Source: Gekko japonicus
Lineage: Eukaryota
DNA length: 64,000 nucleotides
NCBI RefSeq assembly: GCF_001447785.1
Contig: NW_015161404.1
Location: 1,294,931 to 1,358,930 of the forward strand
Reading direction: 5' to 3'
Shown here one piece after another: positions 1 to 13,201 of this stretch (positions are counted from its first letter, which is position 1; every line of letters begins with the position of its first letter). The position numbers and the translations under genes were made by a program. The notes under the pieces are model-generated. The model saw only the letters and a program-made list of their open reading frames with translations, had not been told where the DNA came from and searched no databases.

Positions 1-70
1 GATATAGAGGCAGGCCATGGCAAACCACGTCTGAATTTCTCTTGCCTTGAAAACCCTATAGGATTGCCAT
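1..70 (+). mobile_element. Probable 3' part of a squamate SINE (5S/Sauria-related tail), cut by the window edge
   Basis: The sequence gaggcaggccatggcaaaccac...tcttgccttgaaaaccctat resembles the body/tail of lizard 5S-derived SINEs; the head is not in the window. Confidence 0.35.
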
Positions 71-186
71 TTATTTTACCCCTACCAGCTTTATTAAATA
101 AATTCTTGCCTTTGGTTTGATTGGGGAAATTAGTGTCAAAGGCAGGGCTAGTGAGAGGCTGGGGTAAAGCAGGGACCTACTATTGG

Positions 187-1659
187 TGTTTATGGAGATA
201 GTCCCTTTTAGACCCCTGGTTGAATCAATAACCAGTCCTAATTGTGGATGAAATGGGTTTTATTAAGAAAAATAATAATTTAGATATTTACATTCAAATC
301 AAGGATTGCAAGCAGACAAGGAGAAGCAAAAGGAGTTAGCTGACAGAAGGTATGGGGAGATTGGGGTAATACTATACCTATCTTGAAGAGGTGATGAGGC
401 CAAGAGGTTGTAGGGAGGAGGTGCATGTACCTGACCAGCAAGACCATGGGGGACCTGAGTTATAATCAGGGGTGATGGCTTTGTGCGCACCCAGCCCAAT
501 CACACCATGCTTCTGTGGGATGGATATATTTATACCCCCAAAGTATCCTGAGGGTATGCTGAAGTGTGGTAGCTAGTTGATGGGATTCCCATTATAGAAC
601 AATAGCATGATCTGGTGTTTCCCAGGTGCCAGACAATGGAGTTGAAGTTTCTTAATGTGTGGCAGGATGAACCTGAACAGGTGACCATTCACTAGACATG
701 AAGAGTTAATGTTTACTTTGATGGGTCTGGCATAGGTGTAAGAATGCAGACATTTTAGACAAAGATACGGAGATAGGAATGAGAGGATTCCAGAAGGTAT
801 TTCCTGACATACAGATGTGACAGGATTAGGGGAGTTCGGGTTACAATGACACAGACCAGAGGCACTTTGTCTCTGCCTGCCTCCACATTTGACAGACAAA
901 AGACTGGCTATTTGGTCAGTAGAAGATGCCTGGGGCAAGAGCACAGATTTGTCCATTCTAGTTCTTATGGACAGATAGGAGAAGAGGGGGGGGTTGCTTG
1001 CGTGAAGGATGTTCTGACGGTGCAGCTAGCCCTGTGTTCTCACTTGGGCTATGTTTAAGCCAAAATGAGATTCTCTTAGGTCTCGATCAGATGGCCAATT
1101 TGATCCATTGCTGTTGCTGTTTCCTTATGGATTTAAAGTGCATGACCAGACAGCATGACACAGACCAGAGGCATTTTGTCTCTGCCTGCCTCCACATTTG
1201 ACAGACAAAAGACTGGCTATTTGGTCAGTAGAAGATGCCTGAGGCAAGAGCACAGATTTGTCCATTCTAGTTCTTATGAACTGATAGGAGAAGAGGGGGG
1301 GGGTTGCTTGCGTGAAGGATGTTCTGACGGTGCAGCTAGCCCTGTGTTCTCACTTGGGCTATGTTTAAGCCAAAATGAGATTCTCTTAGGTCTTGATCAG
1401 ATGGCCAATTTGATCCATTGCTGTTGCTGTTTCCTTATGGATTTAAAGTGCACGACCAGACAGCAACATCTGTCTGTCGTGCCCCAGTCATCTGAGTTCC
1501 ATTCACCAGTCCCCTTGCCCCGTGTTTCTTTGATACCTGAGAAAGTCCAGTCCTGTTGGCCTGAGCCACTTCCAAAATGGATTTCCTGTCGTCCGGTCAC
1601 TCTGTTGTGCACCCAAGCTGCCAGGCAGGTCTCACTGATCTCTAGTTTTCCAGCCACCA
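187..1659 (-). mobile_element. LTR-like segment (possible ERV/Gypsy 3' LTR)
   Basis: Plus-strand TG at 187 (CA on minus); AATAAA on minus near 258-263; minus-strand G10-AA-TG at 1671-1658 resembles a retroviral PPT/LTR junction. An alternative end is TTACA at 845. No second LTR seen. Confidence 0.35.
846..1464. repeat. Near-perfect tandem duplication, 2 x ~309 bp (846-1154, 1155-1464)
   Basis: Both units start atgacacagaccagaggca and end gaccagacagc; they differ by a few substitutions and one G-run indel; the ORF track shows duplicated peptides. Confidence 0.95.
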
Positions 1660-1698
1660 TTCCCCCCCCCCAGTTAGCGAGGTTCGCATGACTCTATA

Positions 1699-2238
1699 NN
1701 NNNNNNNNNNNNNNNNNNNNNNNNNNNNNNNNNNNNNNNNNNNNNNNNNNNNNNNNNNNNNNNNNNNNNNNNNNNNNNNNNNNNNNNNNNNNNNNNNNNN
1801 NNNNNNNNNNNNNNNNNNNNNNNNNNNNNNNNNNNNNNNNNNNNNNNNNNNNNNNNNNNNNNNNNNNNNNNNNNNNNNNNNNNNNNNNNNNNNNNNNNNN
1901 NNNNNNNNNNNNNNNNNNNNNNNNNNNNNNNNNNNNNNNNNNNNNNNNNNNNNNNNNNNNNNNNNNNNNNNNNNNNNNNNNNNNNNNNNNNNNNNNNNNN
2001 NNNNNNNNNNNNNNNNNNNNNNNNNNNNNNNNNNNNNNNNNNNNNNNNNNNNNNNNNNNNNNNNNNNNNNNNNNNNNNNNNNNNNNNNNNNNNNNNNNNN
2101 NNNNNNNNNNNNNNNNNNNNNNNNNNNNNNNNNNNNNNNNNNNNNNNNNNNNNNNNNNNNNNNNNNNNNNNNNNNNNNNNNNNNNNNNNNNNNNNNNNNN
2201 NNNNNNNNNNNNNNNNNNNNNNNNNNNNNNNNNNNNNN
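1699..2238. other. Assembly gap (N run)
   Basis: Ns. Confidence 1.
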
Positions 2239-5200
2239 TTCTTCTTCTTCTTCTTCTATATATGCACCTCCCCCCGGGGGGAGGGCTGCTCAAAACCTTG
2301 TTTTCTTTTGAAAAACTCTCAAAGAAAGACACCCCTGTTCTGCAGCTTTTTAATTTAGTTTGGGGAAGGGGTAAATTGAAAAGATTAGAGGGAGGATGGC
2401 AGTGAACTCCATATACAGCAGTCTGTTCACTGCTTGTGCACTTGCTCTGTGAACTAACTTTAAAAAGAAAATAGCCAACAGCCCCATGAACTCCATATCC
2501 CAGCATGCTCATCAGTGCTTGTGGGCATGCTCAAAGGACACACTTTTGAAAAAATGGCTGACAGGCTGACTCCCTGCTTGCTGCCGTCTGATCATGCAAG
2601 GAGGTGGAAAAAGCGCATTGAAGTGTGCTAAAAGGGGCGAGTCTGGTCAGGATTCTCTGCCACAAAATAACCTGACTTAATTTGAGGCAGGGCAACACCA
2701 GATTGAACTGCCCATCTGATTGTGACCTTAGTCTCCCAGCAAAAGCCACTGTTTAAGCCAAGCCTGTCTCCATGAGGGCACTGTTTGTGGAGGTTCAAGA
2801 GGTCCTTTTGGGGTGTCCCTGTCTCGGGAAAGACCACCCCTAGTGCTGGGCATGAGCTGTCTGTTACACCTGGTGGCAAAAAAGTGTTCTTCACTTTCTG
2901 CTGTCTAAAGAACTGATATATAGGGAAATGGCCATTCCTCCTTAGTTTATCATCATACATAGGAGTAATTTTAAAGAGATTCAGAGCTGGGAAGAAAAGG
3001 CACATGTGTCTAACTGAAGAATTCTAGCTAATGGTACCCCAGCAGTGGCCCACATGTAAGTAGGACCCTTCTCAGTCGAGTATTTAGCACAATGATTAAT
3101 CCTGCCTCACCACTATGCCAACTACGCTGTCCCTTTTGGAAGGAAGGAGATTATTCAGCTGTTCAGGGGGTCATTTGGATGCAACTGACATTGTGTGGAG
3201 GCACTTTGCAGTGTGATATAAACTGCACATCTTATGGCTGGAAGGTTCTGCAATCACACTGGCTATTCATTTCAGAAGTCAAGGGCATTATTGCATGGCA
3301 TCTGACAACTAATCAACAATCCAGTCTATCAGTGCTGTCCTGTACCAGCAGTATGGTTTTGTGTGTGCATGAGATTCTGTGTGTGTTTGTGTGTGACAAG
3401 AATTTGCTAACTGCCCACTAGCAATTGTTGAGCAATAACACATGTAAGATCCCCACATGTTTATGCAACGATTCAGATTTATCTGACAGTTTTACACCCA
3501 GAGGCATGATACACAGTAATTAAAATTAAAAATGTTTTGACAGCTTAAACAAATGGCTATATAAATTACAAAGTTGTAAAAAAAAAAAGCCACTGTGCCA
3601 AAATAAAGATCTATAGATAAATAAATCAGAACATTACAGAGGGAATGTTTTTTAATACAAGCATGTTTACAGGCAAGCCGCTCTTAAATACCAGCTTGGG
3701 CTCTGCCTGGAAAAAACTCAAGGAAAAACGAGGGTTTTAGATCCTTAGAGAGAATTTACTAAACCAGCGAACAGAAAAGGGCATGAGCAGCTTATTGTTT
3801 GGAAAATTCTATACAGCTGAGCCCTTTCAACCCTCTCCCCCCCACACACACTTCTCTTGCATTATGAGAACAGCACAGACTCACACTGAGATGCTGACTA
3901 GGAACTACACATTTACAAGAACGATTTGGAAGGTCTTGGGAAGATGGCTCTGTCGAACAACAAAACAGCTTATTACATAGACATAGCTCCTCTTGTAGCC
4001 TTTCCATGAAAGCAGCAACCTACGACTGCTTGGAAGTCTTGCTAAAGCACTGAGCTGCACAACTACTGCAAAGCTGCCATAGACTGTTGAAACATATAGA
4101 AAGATATAACAACGTTTTGCCCCTCCTGATGTTTTTCCATATATTCTTGTAATAGAATTGGAAATTGATGTAATTAAAAAAAAAGGGAGGGTTGCCTTTC
4201 CCCCTGGCTTTGGCTGTTGTACCCAAACCCCTTGCTTTCCTGCTTCAATCCTGTTGTAGGCATGAGATGAATACATTCTGGATAGGAGCAGCAAGACCAC
4301 CTAGGGGCTTGTTGTCCAGTGCACCTCCAGAGCTAAAGACAAATATGTCATTGTTAGAGCTGGATCACCAGCCATAGACTGGACCAGAGCACCTGTACCC
4401 ATGTAAACAAACACAGGAGAACTGGCTCAGTCAGTGTTCAAAGCATTCACCTTTCCATATCCTTGTGATTAATTACAGACATATTCATCCTTTCACCCTT
4501 AGTTGGGTTTCATCCTCTTGTAACAAGGAAAAATGATATGTGCAATAATACAGACACTACCAGGGTTAGGTGTTATTGGATAACCTGTAATAAGTTTAAG
4601 GAGTCATTATTTAAAGCACTATTCAAATTATTTCAGGACTAAATTCCAGACAGAAAATTAAAATGCATAATCCCCCACCTGTATAATGTCTTTGAAAATC
4701 ACCCTCCCAGCTTATGAGCTGCTGCTATTTAGTAAAGATAAAAAATGCACCAGTTTTTAATTCTCCAGACAGGCACCACTGAATAAATGCACACTGCAAA
4801 CCAAAAGGAATGTTTTTTTAAGGCTTGTATGAAAGTTAATAACAGCATGCTGACACACTTGACATTAATCAGTGTTTATTTAAAAGCAACTTAATGATTG
4901 AAAATGTTAAAAGTGTCAAGAGGTAAATGATGGGCAATAGACATATTGAAAAATGAAATGATATACGCTGGAATGCAATAATGTAAATCCAATATACACA
5001 CACTCGCACACATACGCCTTGGTCTGCCTGATTAATATTTCCTGTGGAAGGCTTTCATGTTTTTGAAATATAATCAGATTTGCATGAATCTGCGAGCTGA
5101 CTTTGTGATATAGGAAAATAATAAATGAACACATAACTCTAGGAACATCTCCTTACCTGTAGTACAATTATAATCATACTAATAAACTCAGCCCTGACAA

Positions 5201-5822
5201 TACTGCAACACAGCTTAGCTTTATCTATGTTTGTGTCACAGTGAGTAATTAAGATAATGGTTAAGGAGAGATGCTGACAGCACCTGGCTTCTCAGCAGAT
5301 GATCAAAAGAGATGCTACATTGCAGAAAACCCTGAATAGTATGGCTAACACTGTTTGGGCTGCAGTGTCAAAACCCAGTAGAGGGGATGCAATATAGAGC
5401 TTCCCAGTGTGTTACAGATGCTCACTGAGGAAGTGGCAACGTACCGTTAGGTGGAGAGCCAACCATCTAGTCTCCATCCATGTGATGAGAAGAGTTTTCC
5501 AGTGTAATGCTATAGATCAAAAATAAGATAAAGGGACTGTGCTAAAATTGTCTTGGCTGTGCAGGAATATTCTTTATGTACTCTTCCCTTGGTTTTCTTG
5601 AATTACCATTGTTCAAGCCAAAAGTCTAAGCAATCAGACTCTAGCCTCTGCTCAATTCCCATTCAGCTTTAGTTCTTACATTGTGGCTTAATTTAGCTAT
5701 ATGCCTACCTGATACTTTCTTAATGCAGTTCAAACATGTAGTAAGGAAGGCCGATGCATATGAAAAATACTCATGGTATAGGATTGTATTTGGGTCATTT
5801 CCACATTGGAATGGGCATTTGT

Positions 5823-6037
5823 CAGGGTTGCCAACCTCCAAGTGGGGCCTGAGGATCACTTTTACAACTGATCTCCAACTGACAAAGATCAGCTCCCTTG
5901 GAGAAAATAGCTGCTTTGAAGGGTGGACTCTAGGGCATTGTACCATGCTGAGGCCCCTCCCCTCCCCAAACCCCACCCTGTCCTGGATCCACCCCCAAAG
6001 TCTCCAGGTATTTTCCAACCCAGACCTGGCAGCCCTA
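5823..6037. mobile_element. hAT-type MITE ((T/C)AGGGTTGCCA TIR family)
   Basis: TIRs CAGGGTTGCCA / TGGCAGCCCTA; perfect 8-bp TSD GCATTTGT. Confidence 0.9.
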
Positions 6038-6699
6038 GCATTTGTGGTTTACCCATATCTGGTGAAAGTGCAGATAAAAAACAGCAGCAACAAGGCTTCC
6101 ACACAGCAAGTCTTCCTACAATTTCTCTGCCTTAGTCCCCCAGCAGTGACCATCTTCCTCCCCTGCGCCACTGGGGTCTTGCCTTTTAGAAAAATCAGCA
6201 GTAGAATATCATTATATTGATATATCATTGTGACAATGGCTGTTACCAGGTTCTAAGAATTCCCTGCTACTTTTTTTTAAAGTCTCTAGCTCCTACCCTT
6301 GTGAAGGTATGCCTTTTTTAATATCTCCACAAGGGAAAGGGCTAATTTTTTTTTTTTAATGGAAGCTGAGAATTCCGAGAACCTGTTACACCTATTATTA
6401 CATGGTATATCAATACAACAATAATCTAGTGCTGATCTTTAAAAACATTAACAGCCTCTCCCCAGGGGCAGATGAGATGGTTGCCTCGGGGATGGGATCA
6501 GAGAAAAAGGCTGCCATATGGGAGGGGAAATCTGAACTTTCCCACCCACATAGCAGCCATCCAAGCTTTACTGTGATTGTTCCCAAAACTTCGGAGCAAA
6601 GCAGGTTTGAGAAAGATCAGAAAAAGGCCAGGGAAACCCCAGAGGTACCCAAATGCACCATGATGCTGTGGGGAAGCAAGAAAAATACCTACTTACCAA

Positions 6700-7118
6700 C
6701 AGGGGTAGTTTCGTAGAAAAAGAGCTAGGGGAACTCATTAGCATAATTCATTAGCATATGCCACACCCCCTGACATCACTGGAAGTGTGTCATAAGGCCA
6801 CACACCCCACCACCAATGGTCCCGGCTGCCACCACTGGCCTTGCAGCTCCACTGCCGAGCCCCATGAGGGGCCCGGCGTTGGATCTGCAAGGCCGGCGGG
6901 AGTGCAAGGAAGCCCCGCAAAGGCCCTCCCTGGCCCCATGCAGGCAGGGGTGGGGAGAGGCAGGGAGGAAGCAACTTACCCTCCCTCTTCTCCTGCCTTC
7001 TCCTGGCCGGAAGCGGGGTGGCTGGAAGCAGGGGGTGGGGCTTCGTCATGTGCCCCTCCCCCCGTACCTCACCTGGGGGAACTGCGATCCCCGTGATCCC
7101 CCCCCGAAATGACCTCTG
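6700..7118. mobile_element. hAT-type MITE (CAGGGGTAGTTTCG / CGAAATGACCTCTG TIRs), GC-rich core
   Basis: Imperfect 14-bp TIRs; perfect 8-bp TSD CTTACCAA; core matches 32371-32652 in reverse complement. Confidence 0.9.
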
Positions 7119-7336
7119 CTTACCAATAACATTGAACCCTGGGAAGGTAACCTGTTCAGAAATTTTTTTCAGGTTCTTTTTCAGTCTGTGCAGATACCTG
7201 CTCCTGCATGGGTTAAATGCATGCAGGCCACATGGTGTTATGTGACTCAGCACAAGGTGACAAATTGCACATAAGACCACCCAGTGAATTTGAACCTGGG
7301 ACCCTTCTAGACTGAGTCAAACACTCTCTGTACATA

Positions 7337-7466
7337 GTTCCAGATGGTCAGCTGTGTTGGTCTGAATTTAGACTCCAGTGGCACCTTTAAGATGAACACA
7401 GGTTTATTCAAGGTATGAGCAAAGTGTGCTCATACCTTGTTGGTCTTAAAGGTGCCACTGGACTCT
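7337..7466. repeat. Nested inverted repeat, probably a Penelope-like element remnant
   Basis: 7374-7392 pairs with 7444-7462; 7409-7421 pairs with 7427-7439; the sequence resembles the inverted terminal repeat of lizard Penelope-like elements. Confidence 0.55.
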
Positions 7467-7917
7467 ACATTTGTTCTACTATGTGTATATCACATTGGAT
7501 CTTAATGTTCACACTGGGAATGGTTGGAATGGGGGAAGGGTATGATATGGAGGGGAGTATTAACTCATTTTTCTCGGTAATTTACCCACATTCAAAATCC
7601 CTTCTCCAGCTGCTGTGAAGACTAAACCAAGGATCTGAAAATAGATGTCCCACATAATGTGTTGTTAGACCCTAAGACCTGGCAACTCTAGACATTTTGA
7701 CAATGACTCTTAGGGACACCTTCGGGCTGAAACAGTGTAATTTTGAATCAACCTGAACTCCAAACCTTGGTCTAATCTGAAATGGATCTGGGGTAGACTA
7801 CAGAAATAGTGTCCAAATCCCCAAATATTTAGATTTGGTCCCTATTATTTTTGAAAACAGGCTACTACAAGCTAAAATGAAAGTTAGTAGCCCTTGAGAT
7901 GTTCCCTATACATCACA

Positions 7918-8305
7918 TAGGGTTGCCAGGTTCCTACATTTTTTCTGGTGGTGGTGGGGGAGAAGCTCATCTCCCGAGATCTTCTGGCTCATGCACGTAG
8001 CACACACGCGCCGCAATGATGTCACCCAAAAGTGCCATCATCACTCTAGGCACATTGCCAGGGGGATGCTCTAGCATTCAGCTAGAAACTCTATGATACC
8101 ATAGAGCTTTCAGGCCGAATGCTAGTGTCCCCCCAGCGATGTGTCTGGCACGATGACGTCACCTCTGGATGACATCATCACGCCGGGCACGTCAGCCTAG
8201 TCCAGGCATTTTGGGGGTGGGGTTCCCCCTGTTAGCCAGATTCAGGTTGGCGGATCGGGGCCCCCTAAAGTGGGCAACCCCCCCGAGGGGGATCTGGCAG
8301 CCCTA
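7918..8305. mobile_element. hAT-type MITE (TAGGGTTGCCA family) with internal palindrome
   Basis: TIRs TAGGGTTGCCAG / CTGGCAGCCCTA; TSD ACATCACA/TCATCACA (7/8); internal symmetry centred on ctctatgataccatagag. Confidence 0.9.
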
Positions 8306-8764
8306 TCATCACATAATTCTCAGTAAAATGGAAAGGGGTTGTATGTGTAATGGATGGAAGCGATATTTAGCAGTTTGGTCCTATGCGGAATTATTCAAGC
8401 TCATTGACTGTGATAGGCTTAGACTGGAGTAACTCTGCAAAGGTTTGAAATTTTAGAAACCTGTTCAGAAATTGCCATATGGAAAGGAGAGAACTGAAAT
8501 TAAGTTGGGGGCCAGAATTGAACTGTTAGTGAGTGCTTTCAAATGTCTGTGTTGTAGGCATTGAAACTCAGTATGCTATCTCTTTTTTATCTCTTCTGCA
8601 TCTGTTCTGATTATCTCTTTCTTTCTAAATGTACACAGTGTTCTGAAACACGGCAGCCTGCTTGTTGCTGATGGTGGGAAACTTAAGGCATAATCAACGA
8701 AGCTCTGTTTTGGCACAATCTCCTTTACTTAAATAAAACTTTTATGGAACCATAGATAAACCCT

Positions 8765-8980
8765 NNNNNNNNNNNNNNNNNNNNNNNNNNNNNNNNNNNN
8801 NNNNNNNNNNNNNNNNNNNNNNNNNNNNNNNNNNNNNNNNNNNNNNNNNNNNNNNNNNNNNNNNNNNNNNNNNNNNNNNNNNNNNNNNNNNNNNNNNNNN
8901 NNNNNNNNNNNNNNNNNNNNNNNNNNNNNNNNNNNNNNNNNNNNNNNNNNNNNNNNNNNNNNNNNNNNNNNNNNNNNNNN
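8765..8980. other. Assembly gap (N run)
   Basis: Ns. Confidence 1.
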
Positions 8981-10998
8981 TTATTTAAGCACTATTTGAA
9001 GAAGTGAACAGAAGAAACAAAATTTTAAACCCTTGCCGAGGTAAAAAGTTATGTGATAAATGTCAAACACCTCACATTGAAATGTCATGCAAGTCATTGG
9101 CTCTGTCGTGTATAATATACCACCAAATGTTGTATGCTTGCAAATAAATACAGATGCAAAGAGTCTGAAGTGGAAGTTACACAAAAACTCTGGAAAGCAG
9201 TTACTTTTGTAAATTTTTAGGGCTGGCAACCAAGCCAAGATTTTTTAATCAAGTAATTGTTTGGCTTTAAGCTATTGTGGGATCTCTTAATACATGAAAT
9301 GTAAACAATTTTGTGTACCTGGAAAAAAAACAGTGAAGGTGCCTGTGAATAAATGCATTTTTTCTTTGGAAGTTTTAAATGAGCAAAACCTTCACGCTGA
9401 GTTTTAAAAGTTTTTTCTCTCTCTCTCTCTCTGGGCAGAGAAAAGGCAGGAAGGGGGGAAGTCAGTTCAATTGTTTTCCAGACTTAATGCAGCCCACCTT
9501 CAAACAAAGGCTGATAGGTCTAGACAGTGGGATGGTCAAGTTCTCCTCCCCCCTCAAGCAGGAACAGTGATTTGGAGGTGCTAAATACTTTAGAGACTTC
9601 AGGAAGGAAAATACTGGAGACTTCCAGACAAGCTTCTCTGACCTGGCCTGACCTGGTCAATGGATGGGGAAAAGAGAGGTAATAAAACTCAGGGGAGCAA
9701 GGAAGAAGGTCTCTTGGGTACTGAGTCGATCAGAGCAGACAGAACTCTTAACTGAGGTCTGGAGGAGGAGGCCATTAGCCATGTGTTGGCCTGAAGAGCT
9801 GAAGGTAGCTTCAAGGTAAAGATACCTCTGTAGAGATCTGTAACTTCCTAAGCTAAGGAGCCTGTCCTATGTTTTAACATCTGATAGGAATTGTGTTTTA
9901 CCCATTTCTTTTGAATCCCTTACTCAATCTGGTGCTATGCTAAAAGTATGATTGTGAACATTTTATTTTTAATAAATAATTTATAACTTTGGATGCTGGT
10001 AGCAGTTCTCTGTACCATATTTTCCTCCACCATCTTGGACAAACTATTTTAAAAGGAGTGCCAGCGGAAGGTAGGCAGTTGGCAAGTAACAATTCCTCCA
10101 GGGGCACACAAGGCAGTAAACTGTCCCGGTGGGGACCAGATGCTGGGCAGCAGAAAACACAGAGGCAAAGCCTCAGAACTTGGAAGGGAAGCTGGGAGTC
10201 CTGACCCTCCCAGCGGCCAATTCCTACAAAGAAAAGCCTCTCCAGGTGTTGGGAAAACCTTGGAGGGCAGAGTGGACCAGGATCTGCATGCCAGAGCAGG
10301 CCCATTCCGCCACAGTACCTTTTTGATATTCTGGAGGGAAGAAGATATTTTCTCCCTTAGTATGAAATAATGTACAGTTTCCAATTATTGCCTAGCTTTG
10401 AGCCCCAAGAAATTCTCAACAAATTTGGCGTATGGCAATTGTGCAGTGTGACCTTTATAATGGCTGGAAGCCTTTCAAAAACCACAAGGCACAGAGTTCT
10501 GGCTTGTTGTCAGCCTCATCAATGATGAATATGCACTCTTATGAAATGAAGTCCATAACTGCTTCATCCTCATGGCTTGTGATGGATAGGAACCATAGGA
10601 TCTCAGGTTTTTAACCCTGCTACCATTTAGAATGGTAAATAACTCTCTCTGCATACAGAATTCACTCCCTGTTTTGGCAGGCATGTTCTGCATAAGCCTT
10701 GGAACATGCATAATGTTCTCTCTGTGTTTGTGTGCATGTGAGATTGTATGTGTGCATGTGTGCATGCATCATTTACATGGTGTGAGACAGTGTGAACGAA
10801 CCCTGCATTATGACAGCCCATTTTTTCAGTGTTCAGTAAGGTTTAGAAAGGATTTTCTCAGGGGGTTAAAATTGCACTTCTAGAAGGAGCTATGAACCTG
10901 GCACGTACTAATTAGAAGCTGAATCTTTTTAGTGGAAAAAGAGTTTAAAATAAAGGGTTTTTTCTTTCAAGTAATAGATGGTTACCCTTCAGTGTCAA

Positions 10999-11273
10999 CA
11001 GGGCTATTTTTGGGCAGGAACGCACAGGAACGGAGTTCCGGCTGGCTTCAGAGTTGGCCATGCCCACTACAGCCCAAACCTCTGCGTGCGTGGCTACAGA
11101 GGGAAGGCCTGGAGAGCGACATCCCCCCCCGTGACTCAGAGGCGGGTGGGCCAGGGGGGGCTGGAAGGATCGGGGAAGGCTTGCCTGGGCTCCCCACAGC
11201 CAAGGGAAGGCATGGGGTGTGGCCTATTATGCTAATGAGTTCCTGCTGGGCTTTTTCTACAAAAAAAGCCCTG
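10999..11273 (+). mobile_element. hAT-type MITE (CAGGGCT TIR family)
   Basis: TIRs CAGGGCTATTTTTG / CAAAAAAAGCCCTG; TSD AGTGTCAA/AGTGTCAG; ends shared with the 21334 and 54169 copies. Confidence 0.9.
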
Positions 11274-13004
11274 AGTGTCAGCACAGATAAATTGAATATG
11301 AACATAATACTACTTGGTATGTTTTAGGCCCCTTTGTGGTTATTTGTTACTGTGAATGAAATGAAGATTTTCATATGAGCCCAAACCAAAAAATGCACAC
11401 AAAACCGTACAAAGTTACCCATTACCGAAAGCCATGCAGCCATCTCTGTTATGAACACACACAAACAACTAACTTGGGTTTGCAACACATTAGTCATATT
11501 TATATCCAAGGGAAGGTTATAAATAGTGGGGGGCTGGGTAGGCCTGAATGTATTTAGCAAATGAGTGCAGATGGAAAACCAACAGATGGTCCTGCACTTT
11601 ATTTTGTATGCTCAGCCCTACATTTAAATTAAAAATTTTCATAATTAAGATGAAGGTCTGTTGCAACACTAGCTAGTTTTCCTATGATGGCATCATATAT
11701 CACAGGTATCATTATGCAACATTTCCCTAACATGCTTCATAAAGCTATACAAATTTTACTGCTTGCCTGATAGAAACGTAGAAAGAGAATAAAATGTGGC
11801 TCAAAAGAAGTCAGTGATGGAGGGAAATACACAGGCATACTTCATATCATAAAGATGTCTCCTGCCATCTGGTTCTTACCTCTGTGTAACAGAATAATCT
11901 GCCACCTGACATTGAAAAAGAGAAACGAAGAAACTCATTGTTAATGTAGTTTGAACGGATTTTCAAGAGCAAATCAATTCTCAAGTTATCCCCTTCCTAT
12001 TACCCAAATGATATGGCCATTTTTTTAATAGCTAGTGAAATGCTCATCATCACTACCAGTGTGTAGTGGAGAGAGAGCTTGAATACTGCAAGGACTCCGG
12101 GGGGAGGGGGGTTAGTGAATCTCCATGGGCATCTCCCTGAGGGACCCCTGTTCAGTGCTGATTCCAAGACTGGGGGGGGGGGGTTTCCTTTGGACAAGGC
12201 TGTATTGGTGGACCTTTAGCTTAGGCCACAAATTTCATGCTTCTTTCTGTGTTCCCCACTCATAATAGGGAGCCCTTTGCTGGTTTTGGAGGCCATGCAA
12301 ATGCCAGACTCCCATATCCTCTGGAGCCAGGTCTGTACTTGTCCATATCAGCTAGCTCAATGGTCCCACTTCAGGGGAAGAGACCAGCTTCTGCACAGAC
12401 CTCAACAGTATCTCCAAGTCTCACACTTCACTTTTCTCCAGATGAGTAATGCCAGCCATTTACATGTAGGGGAGAAAGTAAAGGGGGTGAGCTTGGGTCT
12501 ACCATAGAGCGGAAGCTAAATTTATTCCCTACTCTTGATAATCCCAGTCACCGAAAATAAAATGTGTTCCACCCTGCATTGACCTACCTCTTCATCTGCA
12601 TGGGCCCATTACTGGTTATGTTTCTGAGTCATGCCAGAGCACATAACATTAGGAAGTGGGAAGGAGAGATAGATAAGCAAACAAAAAAGCAATGGTTTGC
12701 TGTATGAAATACTATCTGAACATATGTACATCTGCTGGATCAAGTCTGTCAGTATTTGCCCCTTCCCTGCAAATATTGTAGGAATTTGTAATTGGAATAA
12801 AGGTACACATTTCCTCTTGTGGACTTAGGTGGGATTTTAATATGTTTGTATCTGGTCTCATTGTTGTAAGCTGCTCCGAGAACCTTTGTTCAATTAAATA
12901 AATAGAAGAAGCTGGCCTGTTTGTTCACAGTATCCATTCTTACTGGCTTCAGTGGTGTTGAAGGGATTGCTGAATATGGTAAGTTCTTTTCAGTATTTAA
13001 AAAG

Positions 13005-13201
13005 TGGGCACTCCCTTGCCCTGCGGTTTCCGGAAACTAGTACCTTGGAGTTACTAGTTTTTTATGGCGCATCTTCGGTGGGAAGCCTCGGGTTCACCAT
13101 GGGAGCTCTACGCTTCCCAGATGTTGCGGTTTGATTGCGCCCGGGAAATCCGCCTATCTTCCATCTCTGTAGCGTGGCTAATGCTCCGTGTGACCGCAGC
13201 C
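13005..13201. mobile_element. Truncated PIF/Harbinger-like MITE fragment
   Basis: Shares gcttcccagatgttgcgg core and a GTGTGACCGCAGCC end with 19078-19476, 29892-30435 and 33126-33488. Confidence 0.6.

Noticed and set aside
1688-2512. Long ORFs 1688-2311 and 1694-2512 (also 63126-63886)
   Set aside because: Their length is an artefact of N runs; only the L2 RT part near 63740-63925 is real coding remnant
2240-2868. Continuation of the LTR-like element beyond the gap, with a ZNF143-like motif (gaactccatatcccagcatgc, ~2488-2508)
   Set aside because: No coding homology or matching second LTR; the motif is imperfect
5641-7280. ORFs of 100-180 aa (e.g. 5681-6220, 6738-7280) as host genes
   Set aside because: They run through GC-rich MITEs, have no recognisable domains and no exon support; the same applies to ORFs over 19078, 34011, 41609 and 60793
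9380-10330. Possible solo LTR/ERV remnant
   Set aside because: Composition is suggestive, but I could not define TG...CA ends, a TSD or a PBS
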